Shown here piece after piece: positions 19,477 to 29,671 of a stretch of DNA of 64,000 nt. The stretch lies in the NCBI GenBank assembly GCA_963707025.1, contig CAVPOM010000012.1:96001-160000 (forward strand). The letters are read 5' to 3'. Both the position numbers and the translations under genes were made by a program. This DNA comes from an uncultured Verrucomicrobiae bacterium (GTDB taxonomy: Bacteria; Verrucomicrobiota; Verrucomicrobiia; Limisphaerales; Palsa-1400). The notes under the pieces are model-generated. The model was not told the origin of the DNA. It was given only the letters and a program-made list of their open reading frames with translations, and ran no database searches. Each line of letters starts with the position of its first letter. Position 1 is the first letter of the stretch.

Positions 19477-20905
19477 ATGAACCGCATCGTTGGCTTGGAG
19501 ACCGAGTATGGCTGCCTGTCGGCCGATGAGCCCGGCGTGTCCGCCGCCATCGCCCGGGTGCGCGACTGGATATTCCACGAGGAACGATTCGGATTGATTG
19601 ACGTGCATCAGCGCGATTGGGATGAACCGGCCGGCAACGGGGGCTTTCTTTTTAACGGCGGGCGGTGTTACATTGACATGGGCCACCTGGAGTATTGCAC
19701 GCCGGAGTGTTTGAGCCTGTTGGATGTGTTGCGCCACGACCAGGCGGGCGACGCCATTCTGCTGCGGGCGGTGCGGGCGATGGGGGTGGAGGACAAAGTC
19801 AGCTTCATCCGCAACAACGTGGACCACTATACCGGCGCCACCTTCGGCTGCCATGAGAATTACCTCGTCCGCCGCGCCGCGCCGCTGACGGAGCCAAACC
19901 TGCACTCTTTGCTCGCCTTTTTGACCTTGCGCATGCTCTACACCAGCGCCGGGCGGGTGGGCGGGACGACGGGGGCGGACGGGCGGGGCGACTTGCCCCG
20001 GCAGGCGGCGGGGCCCCTTCCAAATCAGCCAGCGGGCTGATTACATCAACAACGATCTGTTTGAATGGGTGCAATTCAACCGCGCCATTATCAACACCCG
20101 CGACGAACCGCTGGCCGACGCCCGCAAATACCGCCGCCTCCACCTCCTGCACGGCGACACCAACGTCCTGCCCGCCGCGCTGCTCCTCAAAGTGGGCACC
20201 ACTTCGCTGGTGCTCGATTTGCTGGAGATGAACTGCCTGCCAAAAATCATGCTGGACGACGCCGTGGCCGCCTTCCGCCATCTCTCCCACCAGGCCGACG
20301 GCCCCTGGCTGGCCCGGCTGGCCGACGGCCGCTGCGTGGATGCGGTCCTCCTGCTCCAGCAATTTGAGCGCGCGGCGCGGGCCGAACTGGCCGGGCGCGA
20401 TCCCGAAACCGACGTCCTGCTGGGCCTGTGGAGGGAAACGCTGGCGGCGCTGGCGGCCGATGCGGAGACGCTGACGGGCCGGGTGGATTGGATTACCAAG
20501 CGGTGGCTGCTGCAACAGTTTTGCGACCAGGAAAAAATCTCCTGGAACGATCCGTGGCTCAAGTCGCAGGACCTGGAATACCACCAGATTGATCCGGCGC
20601 GCAGCCTGGGTCTGGCCCTGGCCCGGACCCCGCCGCCGTGGCAACTTGCCGCTCAGGACGCCGCGCTCGCCATTTCCCAGGCCCCGGCCAACACCCGCGC
20701 CTGCGTCCGCTCACGGGTCATGCGCCTGCTCCAGAACGAACCCTGCTCCTATTACCTGGATTGGGAAATCGTCGGCGTCGAGGGCGGCCACGCCCTGCAC
20801 CTGCTCAACCCCTTCGACCCCGATCCCAAGGACGCCGAAAAATGGATGCAATTCCTGGCACAGCCCCTTCCCCGCCCGCCCGGCCCAGCCCGGAGAACGG
20901 CCTAA
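19477..20905 (+). CDS. pafA: PafA-type UBact/Pup-protein ligase (frameshift near 19960-20015)
   Basis: GLETEYG, NGGRCYIDMGHLEYCTPEC, GCHENY, then in another frame ISQRADY, INTRDEPLAD, YRRLHLLHGD, LKVGTT, DLEYH. Confidence 0.85.
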
Positions 20906-21034
20906 AACAGCCTGCCCAGCCGCTTTCGCCCATGGGCGGCACGGGAGGCCTTTACGCCAGCGGCAGGCATCCGCCGCCGCCGTTCCGCGATGGCTTCGTT
21001 GCGGCAAAACACCATTAAGCTTTGTCGCCGCCGG

Positions 21035-21772
21035 TTAATGGCCGCCCTGTTTCCCGCCCGATTCACTTGCGATTTCTGCGCGGGCGGCCTGGAGATTGAC
21101 ACCGAGAGTTTTCAAGACCAGCGCCGCCACGCCGCCGCCTTCCCGCAACAGGCCCAGCAAGATATGCTCGGCGCCGACGTGAGTTTGGTTCAGTGCCCGG
21201 GCTTCCGAGCTGGCAATCTCGAGCGCTTTTTTCACGCGAGGCGTATAGCGGAGGGCGTGACCGGCGGGCTGCACCGGCCCACAGCCGACGATTTTTTCGA
21301 TTTCGCTCCGAATGATTCTGTGATTCAAGCCCATTCTTTGCAGGACACCGGGAACAATGCCAGTCTTCGATTCGAGCAGACCCAGCAGCACATGTTCCGT
21401 GCCGATGAAATCGTGATGGAATCCAAGGGCTTCCTTCCCGCCCAGTTCCAGGCTCTCCCGCGCGGCGGCGTTGAGAGCACATGGAGAAAGTGTTGGGAAA
21501 CCCATGAATCTCAAGAGCACGGCTTTCAACTGTTGCAGCCTTGTTGCTTTCATTGCGCCCGCCTTGGCGAATTCTTGCTGGAGCGCCGCCGGTTGGCCGA
21601 TGCGCTGGGTGGCCATCGCGAACGCCTGTTCCGCGCCCGCTCCCGAGCGCGCCTGCCGCTCCACCTCCTCGCGCAAATGACTTTCCAATTCCTCCAGGAC
21701 GTTTCGATTTTTGACACCAGCGGCCAGCATCTGCCGCCGCCATGCTGCGATGGATTGTTCCAGATTGAACAT
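21035..21772 (-). CDS. HAAS/permease-prefix-type domain fused to a Clp ATPase N-terminal repeat domain
   Basis: N-terminal LEELESHLREE..AFAMATQRIG; two Clp-N repeats (IGTEHVLLGLL, YTPRVKKALE, VGAEHILLGLL); no AAA domain. Confidence 0.85.
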   Translation of the reverse strand: MFNLEQSIAAWRRQMLAAGVKNRNVLEELESHLREEVERQARSGAGAEQAFAMATQRIGQPAALQQEFAKAGAMKATRLQQLKAVLLRFMGFPTLSPCALNAAARESLELGGKEALGFHHDFIGTEHVLLGLLESKTGIVPGVLQRMGLNHRIIRSEIEKIVGCGPVQPAGHALRYTPRVKKALEIASSEARALNQTHVGAEHILLGLLREGGGVAALVLKTLGVNLQAARAEIASESGGKQGGH

Positions 21773-21787
21773 CTTGTTCCTTTTATC

Positions 21788-22629
21788 TTACGATTCCGCC
21801 GCTGTTGGAGTGGGCGCCATGCCCATCACGAGAAAAATCAGGTGCAGAGCCAGAAAAAGCCCAAGCGGCCAATAGCTTGCCATTCCGTGACCATGCATTC
21901 CCTGACCGCTGGCCACAATACCAGCGCCGAACCAAGCGAGGCCGACAATGACATTGCCGCCGATACACATCAGCATCCTGGCGCGCTCACTCACCTGGCC
22001 GAATCGTTGCATCGCCGCCGAGGCGATGAGCCAGAGGGACGCGCACATCCCGCCCATTTCACGCCCGCCCCCTCGCAGCCACCCGCCTGAATGTTGCCTG
22101 CTCCAGAGCATCCCGAGAATCACTCCCACGGCCACCAATCCCGCCGCAAGTTCGCTGAACAGCAGAACGGCACGGGCCAGCGATTGCCGGCGGCTGGCGA
22201 CAACGCGTGAAACAACTGGTAAGAGACATAACAAATGCCGAAGCAGCCCGGCAATAAAGCCGCGACGAAACCAGCAGTCAGGCTAAAGATATGCGCAGAC
22301 AAGAGGAAGTTCCGCCCTTCCACAAACAAGTTCCATGAAAAGATCATCGCCAGCACAATCACCCCGTAAACCCATAGTCGCGAACCTACGACAACCGGCC
22401 AGCACCTCTTCCTCTTAAGCTTGTCGAACTCCGTCCGCAGGGGGATCGGGCTTCCCACGCGTGACAAAGCGCGTTGGAACGCCTGTTCCTCAAGCATTCC
22501 CGCCGACAAGAGGGCGCCAATGTCCTCGCGCAAATGGCTTTCCAGTTCGTCCAACACATTCGAGTTGTTCACACCGGCGGCCAGCATCCGCCGCCGCCAG
22601 TCCGCAATGGCCTGTTCCAGATCAAACAT
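21788..22629 (-). CDS. HAAS/permease-prefix-type membrane protein (frameshift near 22200)
   Basis: N-terminus paralogous to the previous gene (MFDLEQAIADWRRRMLAAGV..ELESHLRED), then several TM helices split over two frames. Confidence 0.7.
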
Positions 22630-22954
22630 GCTCGCCTTTCCACAGACCGCCGAGAACGGAGGAAATCACCGTCCATTGTTCGCGTTTATCCTTGAGGGCC
22701 TGGTGGCCGTCCTTTTTGATCGAGTAGTATTTGCGCTTGCGCCCGTTCTCCATCTCCACCCAGCGGGATTTGATCCAGCCGCTGTCCTCCATGCGGTGCA
22801 AGACCGGGTAAAGCATCCCGTCCGTCCAGGTGATCTTGTCCCCGGAGAGCCACTTGACCTCCTGAATCAGCTCGTATCCGTAGCTTTCGCCCTTGGCCAG
22901 CAGGGACAGAATGAGGGGTTCGGTCGAAGCGGCGATCAGTTCTTTTTCCATCAT
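22622..22954 (-). CDS. PadR-family transcriptional regulator
   Basis: ILSLL..ESYGYELI, GMLYPVLHRME, RKRKYYSI, W near the C-terminus. Confidence 0.92.
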   Translation of the reverse strand: MMEKELIAASTEPLILSLLAKGESYGYELIQEVKWLSGDKITWTDGMLYPVLHRMEDSGWIKSRWVEMENGRKRKYYSIKKDGHQALKDKREQWTVISSVLGGLWKGEHV

Positions 22955-22960
22955 GCCGCC

Positions 22961-22989
22961 AAAATACATTGCCTCGCTATGTATGTCAA
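22961..22989 (-). promoter_or_regulatory. padR promoter with overlapping palindromic operator
   Basis: TTGACA (22989-22984), 17 nt, TATTTT (22966-22961); inverted repeat ATACAT-N9-ATGTAT at 22964-22984. Confidence 0.6.
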
Positions 22990-23092
22990 GCGCCAAAGTT
23001 CACGCTCTTTTTTACTGGTTTCCCCGGCGCGACCAGCTAGCATGGCCGGGACTGATGACCGAAATGCTTTGGCCAAACGGCCGACTACCGTT

Positions 23093-23446
23093 ATGTCCCT
23101 GAGATTGGAAAGGGTCCGTGAACTTCTGAAACGCGAGATCGGCGAGGTCATCCGCCGCGAACTTCCCGTTCAGGAAGCGGGCTTGATCAACGTCAACGAC
23201 CTGCAAGTGGCGGCCAACTTGAAAAACGCCACCGTCTTCATCGGCATCCTGGGCGGCAAGGCGCAAAAGGACAAAGGCATGGAAATGCTGAAAAAGAACC
23301 GCCAGCGCATCCAGGGCCTGGTCGCCAAGGGAGTGGTCTTGAAATACACGCCGCGGCTGCGCTTTGTGCTGGATGAGTCGGTCGAACGCGGCAACCGGGT
23401 CCTGAGAATCCTGGAAGAACTGGAAATGCCGCCGGCCTCCTCATGA
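23093..23446 (+). CDS. rbfA: Ribosome-binding factor A
   Basis: RLERVRELLKREIGEVI, LKYTPRLRFVLDES; upstream of nrnA-truB-ribF. Confidence 0.92.
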   Translation: MSLRLERVRELLKREIGEVIRRELPVQEAGLINVNDLQVAANLKNATVFIGILGGKAQKDKGMEMLKKNRQRIQGLVAKGVVLKYTPRLRFVLDESVERGNRVLRILEELEMPPASS

Positions 23447-24427
23447 AATCGCATCCCAAGATCATTGACCGGATTCTGGAAAAGATCCGGGCCAGCCAGA
23501 CCATCTGCGTGGCGGGGCACCTCCGGCCCGACGGGGATTGCATCGGCTCGCAACTGGCCCTGGCCCTGGCCCTGCGCCTGGCAAGGCAAGGAAGTGGTTT
23601 GCTGGAACGAAGATTCCCTGCCGCAAAAGTACGCCTTCCTCGACCCGGGCCATGTGGTGCAAAAACCCAAGGGCCGCCCGCCCTTGGACTTGGTCATCGC
23701 CCTGGATTGCGCCAGTCTGGAACGCCTGGGTTCGGTTGGCCCGGCCCTGACGCACCGCCGGCAGCTCGTCAATATTGATCACCACCAGAGCAACACCCGC
23801 TATGGCGATTTGAATTGGATCTCCGGCCGCGAAGCCTCCACCGGTGAACTGGTCTTCCGCCTCCTCCGCGTGGCCGGCTGGCCCATCACCCCGCCCATGG
23901 CCGATTGCCTCTTCACCGCCGTCTCCACCGACACGGGCAGCTTTCAATACTCCACCACCAAACCGGTCACCTATCACACCGCGGGCGAATTGGTCAAATT
24001 GGGCGCGAACCTGGAGACGGTCTGCCACCAACTCTATCAATCCTTTCCCCTCTCCCGCGTCCGCCTCCTCAAACACCTCTATAATCATTTCCATCTGACC
24101 GACCACGACCGCATCGCCTACCTCTGGCTGAAGAACGGCGATTTTGCGCGAACCGGGGCGGATCGCAACGATACCGAGGGGCTGATTGACCATCTGCGCG
24201 CCTTTGAGCCGGTGGTGGTCGCCTGCGTCTTTGAAGAGATGGAACCGGGCTTGAGCCGCATCAGCCTGCGCTCCAAATCCGACGCCGTGAACGTCAATGA
24301 CATCGCGGCCCAATTCGGCGGCGGCGGCCACCGCGCCGCCGCGGGCGCGCGCCTGGCCGGCAAGCCCCTGTCCGTCCAGCGCCGGGTCGTGGCCGCCATC
24401 AAAAAAGCCCTCGCCCCCTCCCACTGA
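23443..24427 (+). CDS. nrnA: DHH/DHHA1 phosphoesterase, NrnA-like (frameshift near 23580)
   Basis: HLRPDGDCIGS in one frame; IDHH, TDTGSF, SLRS, GGGGHRAAAG in the next. Confidence 0.88.
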
Positions 24428-24434
24428 TTGTTGC

Positions 24435-25151
24435 ATGCACCCGTTTGATTCATGGGACGGCGCGGTCTTGATTGACAAACCGGCCGGCCCCACCTCGCAC
24501 GATGTGGTGGACGCCGTGCGCCGGCAGTTCGGCCTGAAAAAAGTCGGCCATTGCGGCACGCTCGATCCCGCCGCCACCGGCCTGCTCATCCTGGTTTTGG
24601 GCCGGGGCACCAAGCTCTCCGAAAAACTGATGAGCGACGACAAAGTTTATGAAGGCTCGGCCAAATTCGGCGAAACCACCGACAGTTACGACGCGGACGG
24701 GGAACTGGTCGCCTCCCTGCCGGTGCCGCCCATGACCCTGGAAGAACTCGACCAGGCCGCCGCCGCCTTTCAGGGCGATCAAATGCAGTTGCCGCCGATG
24801 GTCTCCGCCGTCAAGATCAAAGGCGTGCCCCTTTACAAACTGGCCCGCCGCGGCGTGGAAGTGGAGCGCAAACCCCGGCTCATCCACGTTTACAGCTTTC
24901 GTTTCACCAGCTATGCCGAGCCTCTGGGCTGGTTCCGCGTCGCCTGCACCAAGGGAACCTACGTCCGCGCACTGGTTCATGAACTGGGCCGCAAAACCGG
25001 CCCCGGCGCGCATCTCGCCTCCTTGCGCCGGGTCCGCTCCGGCAAATTCGAGGTCAAGGACGCCATCCCGTTTGAAGACCTCCTGAAAATGTCCCCCGCC
25101 CAACTGGAAAGGCGGGTCCTGCCATTTTTGCAGTTGACACAAGCGGGCTAA
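24435..25151 (+). CDS. truB: tRNA pseudouridine(55) synthase
   Basis: IDKPAGPTSHDVV, KVGHCGTLDP, PPMVSAVK, KGTYVR. Confidence 0.96.
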   Translation: MHPFDSWDGAVLIDKPAGPTSHDVVDAVRRQFGLKKVGHCGTLDPAATGLLILVLGRGTKLSEKLMSDDKVYEGSAKFGETTDSYDADGELVASLPVPPMTLEELDQAAAAFQGDQMQLPPMVSAVKIKGVPLYKLARRGVEVERKPRLIHVYSFRFTSYAEPLGWFRVACTKGTYVRALVHELGRKTGPGAHLASLRRVRSGKFEVKDAIPFEDLLKMSPAQLERRVLPFLQLTQAG

Positions 25152-25250
25152 ACCGGAACACCCGGCCAAAAACGAGTCTCCAGATGCTTTGCTGTTTTCA
25201 GTGGAATCGAAATGGTGTGTTCCTCAAACGGCTGCCCATAACCGCCTTGC

Positions 25251-25351
25251 AATCCCGAAGGGATTGGATCACTCAGCCCAAGGTTGGCCGATTCCGAGAG
25301 GCCTACCCTGGGTTACCGCCTTCGAGTTGCACAACCCTGAAAGGGTTGAAT
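25251..25351. repeat. REP/BIME-like palindromic element
   Basis: AATCCCGAAGGGATT, CCCAAGGT..ACCCTGGG and CAACCCTGAAAGGGTTG hairpins. Confidence 0.6.
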
Positions 25352-25367
25352 ATCAAAGCCTTAGGAA

Positions 25368-25562
25368 ACAGTCTTGATCGTAAATGGAATCTGCGGGCGA
25401 GTATGGATGGGCCAATTGTTGCGCGGAAAAGCGCGACCAATCGCGCCCTTCCTTGGTCCCCGCCTGCCGCGCCAGCAATGCATTCACGTAATGCAACGCC
25501 TCCTGCTACAGTTCATCCGGCAGTTGGCGGGTATTTTCGAGAATCAATTCCGCTGTGCTCGT
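25368..25562 (-). pseudogene. Decayed DUF2281-like antitoxin
   Basis: Manual translation: (ACG)STAELILENTRQLPDEL*QEALHYVNALL...WSRFSAQQLAHPYSPADSIYD; start lost and internal TAG. Confidence 0.55.
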
Positions 25563-25725
25563 TTCAACACCATAACACAACGCGCTCCTGGCTGGCAAGT
25601 GTTGTCCACACAACGACCTTTGTTGGACGGTTCAGACCTGCATAATCGCATCTCCCGGAGTCCGGGAGGAATGAAATTCAGAAAGTGCATTTTCAGAGCG
25701 GGGGTGCTATTGAAACTGCCGAAAA

Positions 25726-26658
25726 ATGAACGTCATCCACGCGACCGCTGAACTGGAGGCCGGTTCGCGCCCGGTTTGCCTGGCCATCGGCGTTTTCGAC
25801 GGCGTCCATCTGGGGCACCAGCAGGTCATTCTTCAGGCCGTCGGCGACGCCGCCCGGCACGACGGCCTTTCCGTGGTGATCACTTTTGACCGGCATCCCG
25901 CCGCCGTGCTGGCCCCCGCGCGGGTGCCGCCGCTTATCTATCCGCTGGCCAAAAAGCTGCGCGTCCTGGCCTCCCTGGGACCGGACACCGCCTGCGTGAT
26001 TCATTTTGACAAGGAATTCAGCGAATTGACCGGGGAGGAATTCATGCGCGGCCTGGCGCGCGACTGCGGCAAAATCCAGAGCCTCTCGGTGGGCCGGGCC
26101 TTTTCCTTTGGGCGCGGACGTTCCGGCAATGTCGCCCTGCTTGAGGCGCTGGGAAAGGAACTGAACTTTGCCGTCCATGCCCTGGCCGAAGTTGCCCTGG
26201 ATGGCCAGGCGGTCAGCAGCACCCGGGTGCGCGCGGCAGTGCGGGCGGGGCGCTTCGCCCAGGCCGGTCAAATGCTGGGCCGTCCCTACGCGCTTTGCGG
26301 ACGCATCATCACTGGAACCGGCCTGGGCCGTCAAATGGGTGTTCCGACCGCCAACCTTGACCTGGCCGGGTTGCTGACGCCGCCGCCGGGGGTTTATGCG
26401 GCGCGCGCCCTTGTCCGCGGCCGGAGCCATCTGGCCGCTGTCAACATTGGCTGCCGCCCCACCGTGCCCGGCGCCGCCCGGCCCATCCAGGTGGAAGCGC
26501 ACCTGCTGGATTTTGCCGGGGATATATACGGGGAGGAAATGGAATTGGGCTTTGTCAAGAAGTTGCGCGACGAACAAAAGTTCGCCTCACTGACCGCCCT
26601 CCGCGGACAAATCCTCCGCGACATCGCCCTCACCCGGGACCTGCCCGGCGATGCTTAG
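25726..26658 (+). CDS. ribF: Riboflavin kinase / FAD synthetase
   Basis: GVFDGVHLGH, VSSTRVR, GVPTANL, GVYA, VEAHLLDF, LRDEQKF. Confidence 0.96.
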   Translation: MNVIHATAELEAGSRPVCLAIGVFDGVHLGHQQVILQAVGDAARHDGLSVVITFDRHPAAVLAPARVPPLIYPLAKKLRVLASLGPDTACVIHFDKEFSELTGEEFMRGLARDCGKIQSLSVGRAFSFGRGRSGNVALLEALGKELNFAVHALAEVALDGQAVSSTRVRAAVRAGRFAQAGQMLGRPYALCGRIITGTGLGRQMGVPTANLDLAGLLTPPPGVYAARALVRGRSHLAAVNIGCRPTVPGAARPIQVEAHLLDFAGDIYGEEMELGFVKKLRDEQKFASLTALRGQILRDIALTRDLPGDA

Positions 26659-27545
26659 CGGTGCCCGCCGCCGCCGCCGCCGCCGTGTGCGCCACCGCTA
26701 AAGCCGCCGCCGCCGACATGTGCGCCACCGCTAAAGCCGCCCACATGGCCGCCACCGCCAAACCCGCCCACATGGCCGCCGCCGCCAAACCCGCCCACAT
26801 GCCCGCCACCGCCAAATCCGCCAACCCGGCCGCCACCGCCAAACCCGCCAACCCGGCCGCCAAACCCGCCATGCCCGAATCCGCCATGCCCGAATCCGCC
26901 CCCATAATAACCACCATAACCAAAGAACAGCGACCCGCCGAATGGATACCAGGGGTAATAATAAGGATCGTAAGCGTAGTACGGCTCGTAAGCCGGGTAA
27001 GCTGGGGCCGCGACATAAGCGGAGGAAGCGTTGGCCGCGGCCGCCTGGGCTTGCAGGGCGGCATCATAGCTGGCCGCCGCGCTGTCCGCCGCGCTTTGCG
27101 CCGCATTGCCTGCCGCGTAGGAATAATACTGCGGCGCCGGGGCCTGACCCGGCACTTGCGCCTGCCCGCCGGCGGCCATGCCCGTTTGCCGCTGCAATTG
27201 GCCGTAACGATTGATCATGGCGTTGATCACCGGCATGGGCACGCCCTGTTGCTGAAATGAAATGATGTTGTCCGCGCTCAGATAAAACGTCAGCGGCGAA
27301 TTGTTGATGTAACTGACGATGATGTCAGCCGGGATGCCGCCCTTGTACATCTTCATCACTTCGGTCACCCCGGAGGGCAGGCCCGAGAGCGTCACGTTGG
27401 CCCCGCCGGGCGAAGGGCTGGCGGATGGCGCCGCCCCCGCATTGGGGTCGCTGCCCGCGCTGGCTTGCCCGGGCATGGTCAGAAAAAGCGCGGTCGCCAG
27501 AAAGGTCACGGTGGCCGCCCCAAGAATCATCGGCTTTGTTCTCAT
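26655..27545 (-). CDS. Secreted protein with Tyr/Pro-rich and (GGFGGGGHV)n low-complexity tail
   Basis: Signal peptide, small helical domain, 27-bp tandem repeats at ~26690-26880. Confidence 0.75.
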   Translation of the reverse strand: MRTKPMILGAATVTFLATALFLTMPGQASAGSDPNAGAAPSASPSPGGANVTLSGLPSGVTEVMKMYKGGIPADIIVSYINNSPLTFYLSADNIISFQQQGVPMPVINAMINRYGQLQRQTGMAAGGQAQVPGQAPAPQYYSYAAGNAAQSAADSAAASYDAALQAQAAAANASSAYVAAPAYPAYEPYYAYDPYYYPWYPFGGSLFFGYGGYYGGGFGHGGFGHGGFGGRVGGFGGGGRVGGFGGGGHVGGFGGGGHVGGFGGGGHVGGFSGGAHVGGGGFSGGAHGGGGGGGHR

Positions 27546-27770
27546 ATATTTCCTCTTTCGCTGGTCATTCCGTCCCGCCTTCATGACGCTTTAAAATACA
27601 CCGGGTTCCCGCCCTTGGCAAGCCCGCCGCGCCCGCCTGGTTCCACGCCGCCCTTTTTCGCGTGACGGACACTGCTCCCTATGCTATATAAAACTCCATA
27701 ATTGGAGATGCATTTTTTAAGTCCATTCTGTTGTCAGCATATTAGACTGCCCGCTCGCCCCATCCATTCA

Positions 27771-29360
27771 ATGAATTTCCACCAAATCACACCGGCCCGC
27801 CCGGCCCGCCCGCGCCGCCCATTTTTCCATTCCCTCGGCTTTGGCTGCCTGCTTCTGCTGCTCTTTGCGCCCAGGGCAGACGCGGACGGCACGCCGATCG
27901 TCCTGAGTTTTACCAACCCCGCTCCCATCACCATCGTGGATTTCCTTTCCGATGCTTCCCCGTTCCCATCCACCATCCCGGTTCCGGCTCTGCCCGGCGT
28001 GTTGCAAAGCGTGACCGTCACGATTTACGGACTGTCCGATCCATCCGCGGGGGGCATCGAAATTCTCCTCGCCGGCCCCACCGGCCAGGGCGTGGATTTG
28101 ATGAACCTGGCCGGCAACGGATTGGTCACCAACGCCACCATTACCTTTGCAGATAACGCCACTCCTTTCTCCGGCGGCACGATCATCTCCGGCACCTTCC
28201 AGCCCAGCGGCACGGATTTCCCGTTCGGCACTCCTTTGTATCAAGAGAACACCACCAACCAATTGGCCGGCTTCATCGGAACGACCCTGGAGGGAACTTG
28301 GAACCTGTCGGAGTATTACAACGACTTTGCCGGGGCCAACGGCGCGATCAGCGGAGGCTGGAGCCTGACTTTTACCTTGCTGCCCATCGCCCCCGCCGTC
28401 ACAAACCTGGCCGCCACCGGCGTCACCTTCACCTCGGCCACCTTGAATGCCAATGTCAACCCCGGAGGCGCCGCCACGACGGTTTATTTCGAATATGGCC
28501 CCACCACGGCCTATGGCAGCTTCAGCGCCAGCAACACTTTGGCGGTGGACGTCACCGATACGCAAGCGGTGGCGCTGCCCATCACCGGCTTGCAGCCCGG
28601 CACCACCTACCATTTCCAAGCCCTCGCCCAAAACAGCGTCGGAACCAATGCCGGCGGCGACTTGACCTTCGTCACGCCAACTCTTCCTGCTCCCACGCTC
28701 CAGGCGTCCCTGACCAACGGCTCCAACCTTGTCCTGATTCTCTCCGGCGACCTGGGCTCCAACTACACCATCCTGTCCACCACCAACCTTTCGCCCCCGG
28801 TCAACTGGACCACGCTCGCCTACCTGACCTTGACCAACCCGGTCCAATTCATCTACCCCGGTCCTCTGACCAACCGGATGGAATTCTTTGCTTTGCTGGC
28901 CGGCGCTCCCCCCGCTCCGCCCCGGCTGGACATCTCCCTGACCAACGGCCTCATCCCGGTTCTGATTCTCCACGGCAACCCCGGCGCCAACTATACCATT
29001 CTGTCCACCACCAGCCTTTCCCCTCCGATCACCTGGATCGGGTTGACCAACCTGACCCTGACCAGCGCGGTCCAATTCATCTACCCCGGGCCTCCCGCCA
29101 ACCGGATGGAATTCTTTGCTTTGCTCAACGGCGCTGCCACCCCTCCGCCCAGGATTGAGGTGTCCTTCAACGGCTCCTCCCTTGTGGCGACGCTTTTCGG
29201 CACCCCCGGCTTGATGTACACCATCCAGTCCACCTCCAGCTTTTCGCCTCCGATCATCTGGACCCCGATCACCAACCTCACCTTGACCAGCCCTGTCCAG
29301 TCCATCAACCTCGGTCCGCCCCCCAACCAGCCAGAATTCTACCGGGCCGTCCAACCCTGA
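27771..29360 (+). CDS. Secreted protein: proprotein-convertase-P-like domain, FN3-like domain, three C-terminal repeats
   Basis: Signal peptide; SVTVTI..LLAGPTG..GTWNL; ATLNANVNP..YFEYG..GLQPGTTYHF; three copies of G..YTI.ST..LSPP..W..L..LTLT..FY/FF. Confidence 0.8.
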   Translation: MNFHQITPARPARPRRPFFHSLGFGCLLLLLFAPRADADGTPIVLSFTNPAPITIVDFLSDASPFPSTIPVPALPGVLQSVTVTIYGLSDPSAGGIEILLAGPTGQGVDLMNLAGNGLVTNATITFADNATPFSGGTIISGTFQPSGTDFPFGTPLYQENTTNQLAGFIGTTLEGTWNLSEYYNDFAGANGAISGGWSLTFTLLPIAPAVTNLAATGVTFTSATLNANVNPGGAATTVYFEYGPTTAYGSFSASNTLAVDVTDTQAVALPITGLQPGTTYHFQALAQNSVGTNAGGDLTFVTPTLPAPTLQASLTNGSNLVLILSGDLGSNYTILSTTNLSPPVNWTTLAYLTLTNPVQFIYPGPLTNRMEFFALLAGAPPAPPRLDISLTNGLIPVLILHGNPGANYTILSTTSLSPPITWIGLTNLTLTSAVQFIYPGPPANRMEFFALLNGAATPPPRIEVSFNGSSLVATLFGTPGLMYTIQSTSSFSPPIIWTPITNLTLTSPVQSINLGPPPNQPEFYRAVQP

Positions 29361-29671
29361 GCGCCCGGCGGGAATGGAAAATGGCAAATAACTTCAACTA
29401 ATCCGTTTGACATCCTGATGGGTTTTTGTTACGTTCCTAATGCAAGGGACAAACGAAAACAGGAAGCGTTCATTCTGAACTAAGTTCTTTTCGCGAGCCA
29501 GGGCCTTGCCGGTCCATGAAACTGGCGCAGGCAACAGGTGGAGCAGGGAGCAACGGAATTCGAAGCATTTTAGAATCTGCCGCTGCACGGGAGGAGTGTG
29601 CTTTTGTTTCCACAACTTCATGGCTCGCTGACCGCATTACCCAAAACTCCGATTGTGGAAAGGACCCCTCC

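Noticed and set aside
22421..23092. Long N-terminal extension of the rbfA ORF
   Set aside because: Overlaps padR on the opposite strand; RbfA similarity starts at ATG 23093.
29390..29670. Long leader as a possible riboswitch (also 45060-45360 and GGCAAACC near 45695)
   Set aside because: Could not match a full consensus by eye; needs a covariance-model search.
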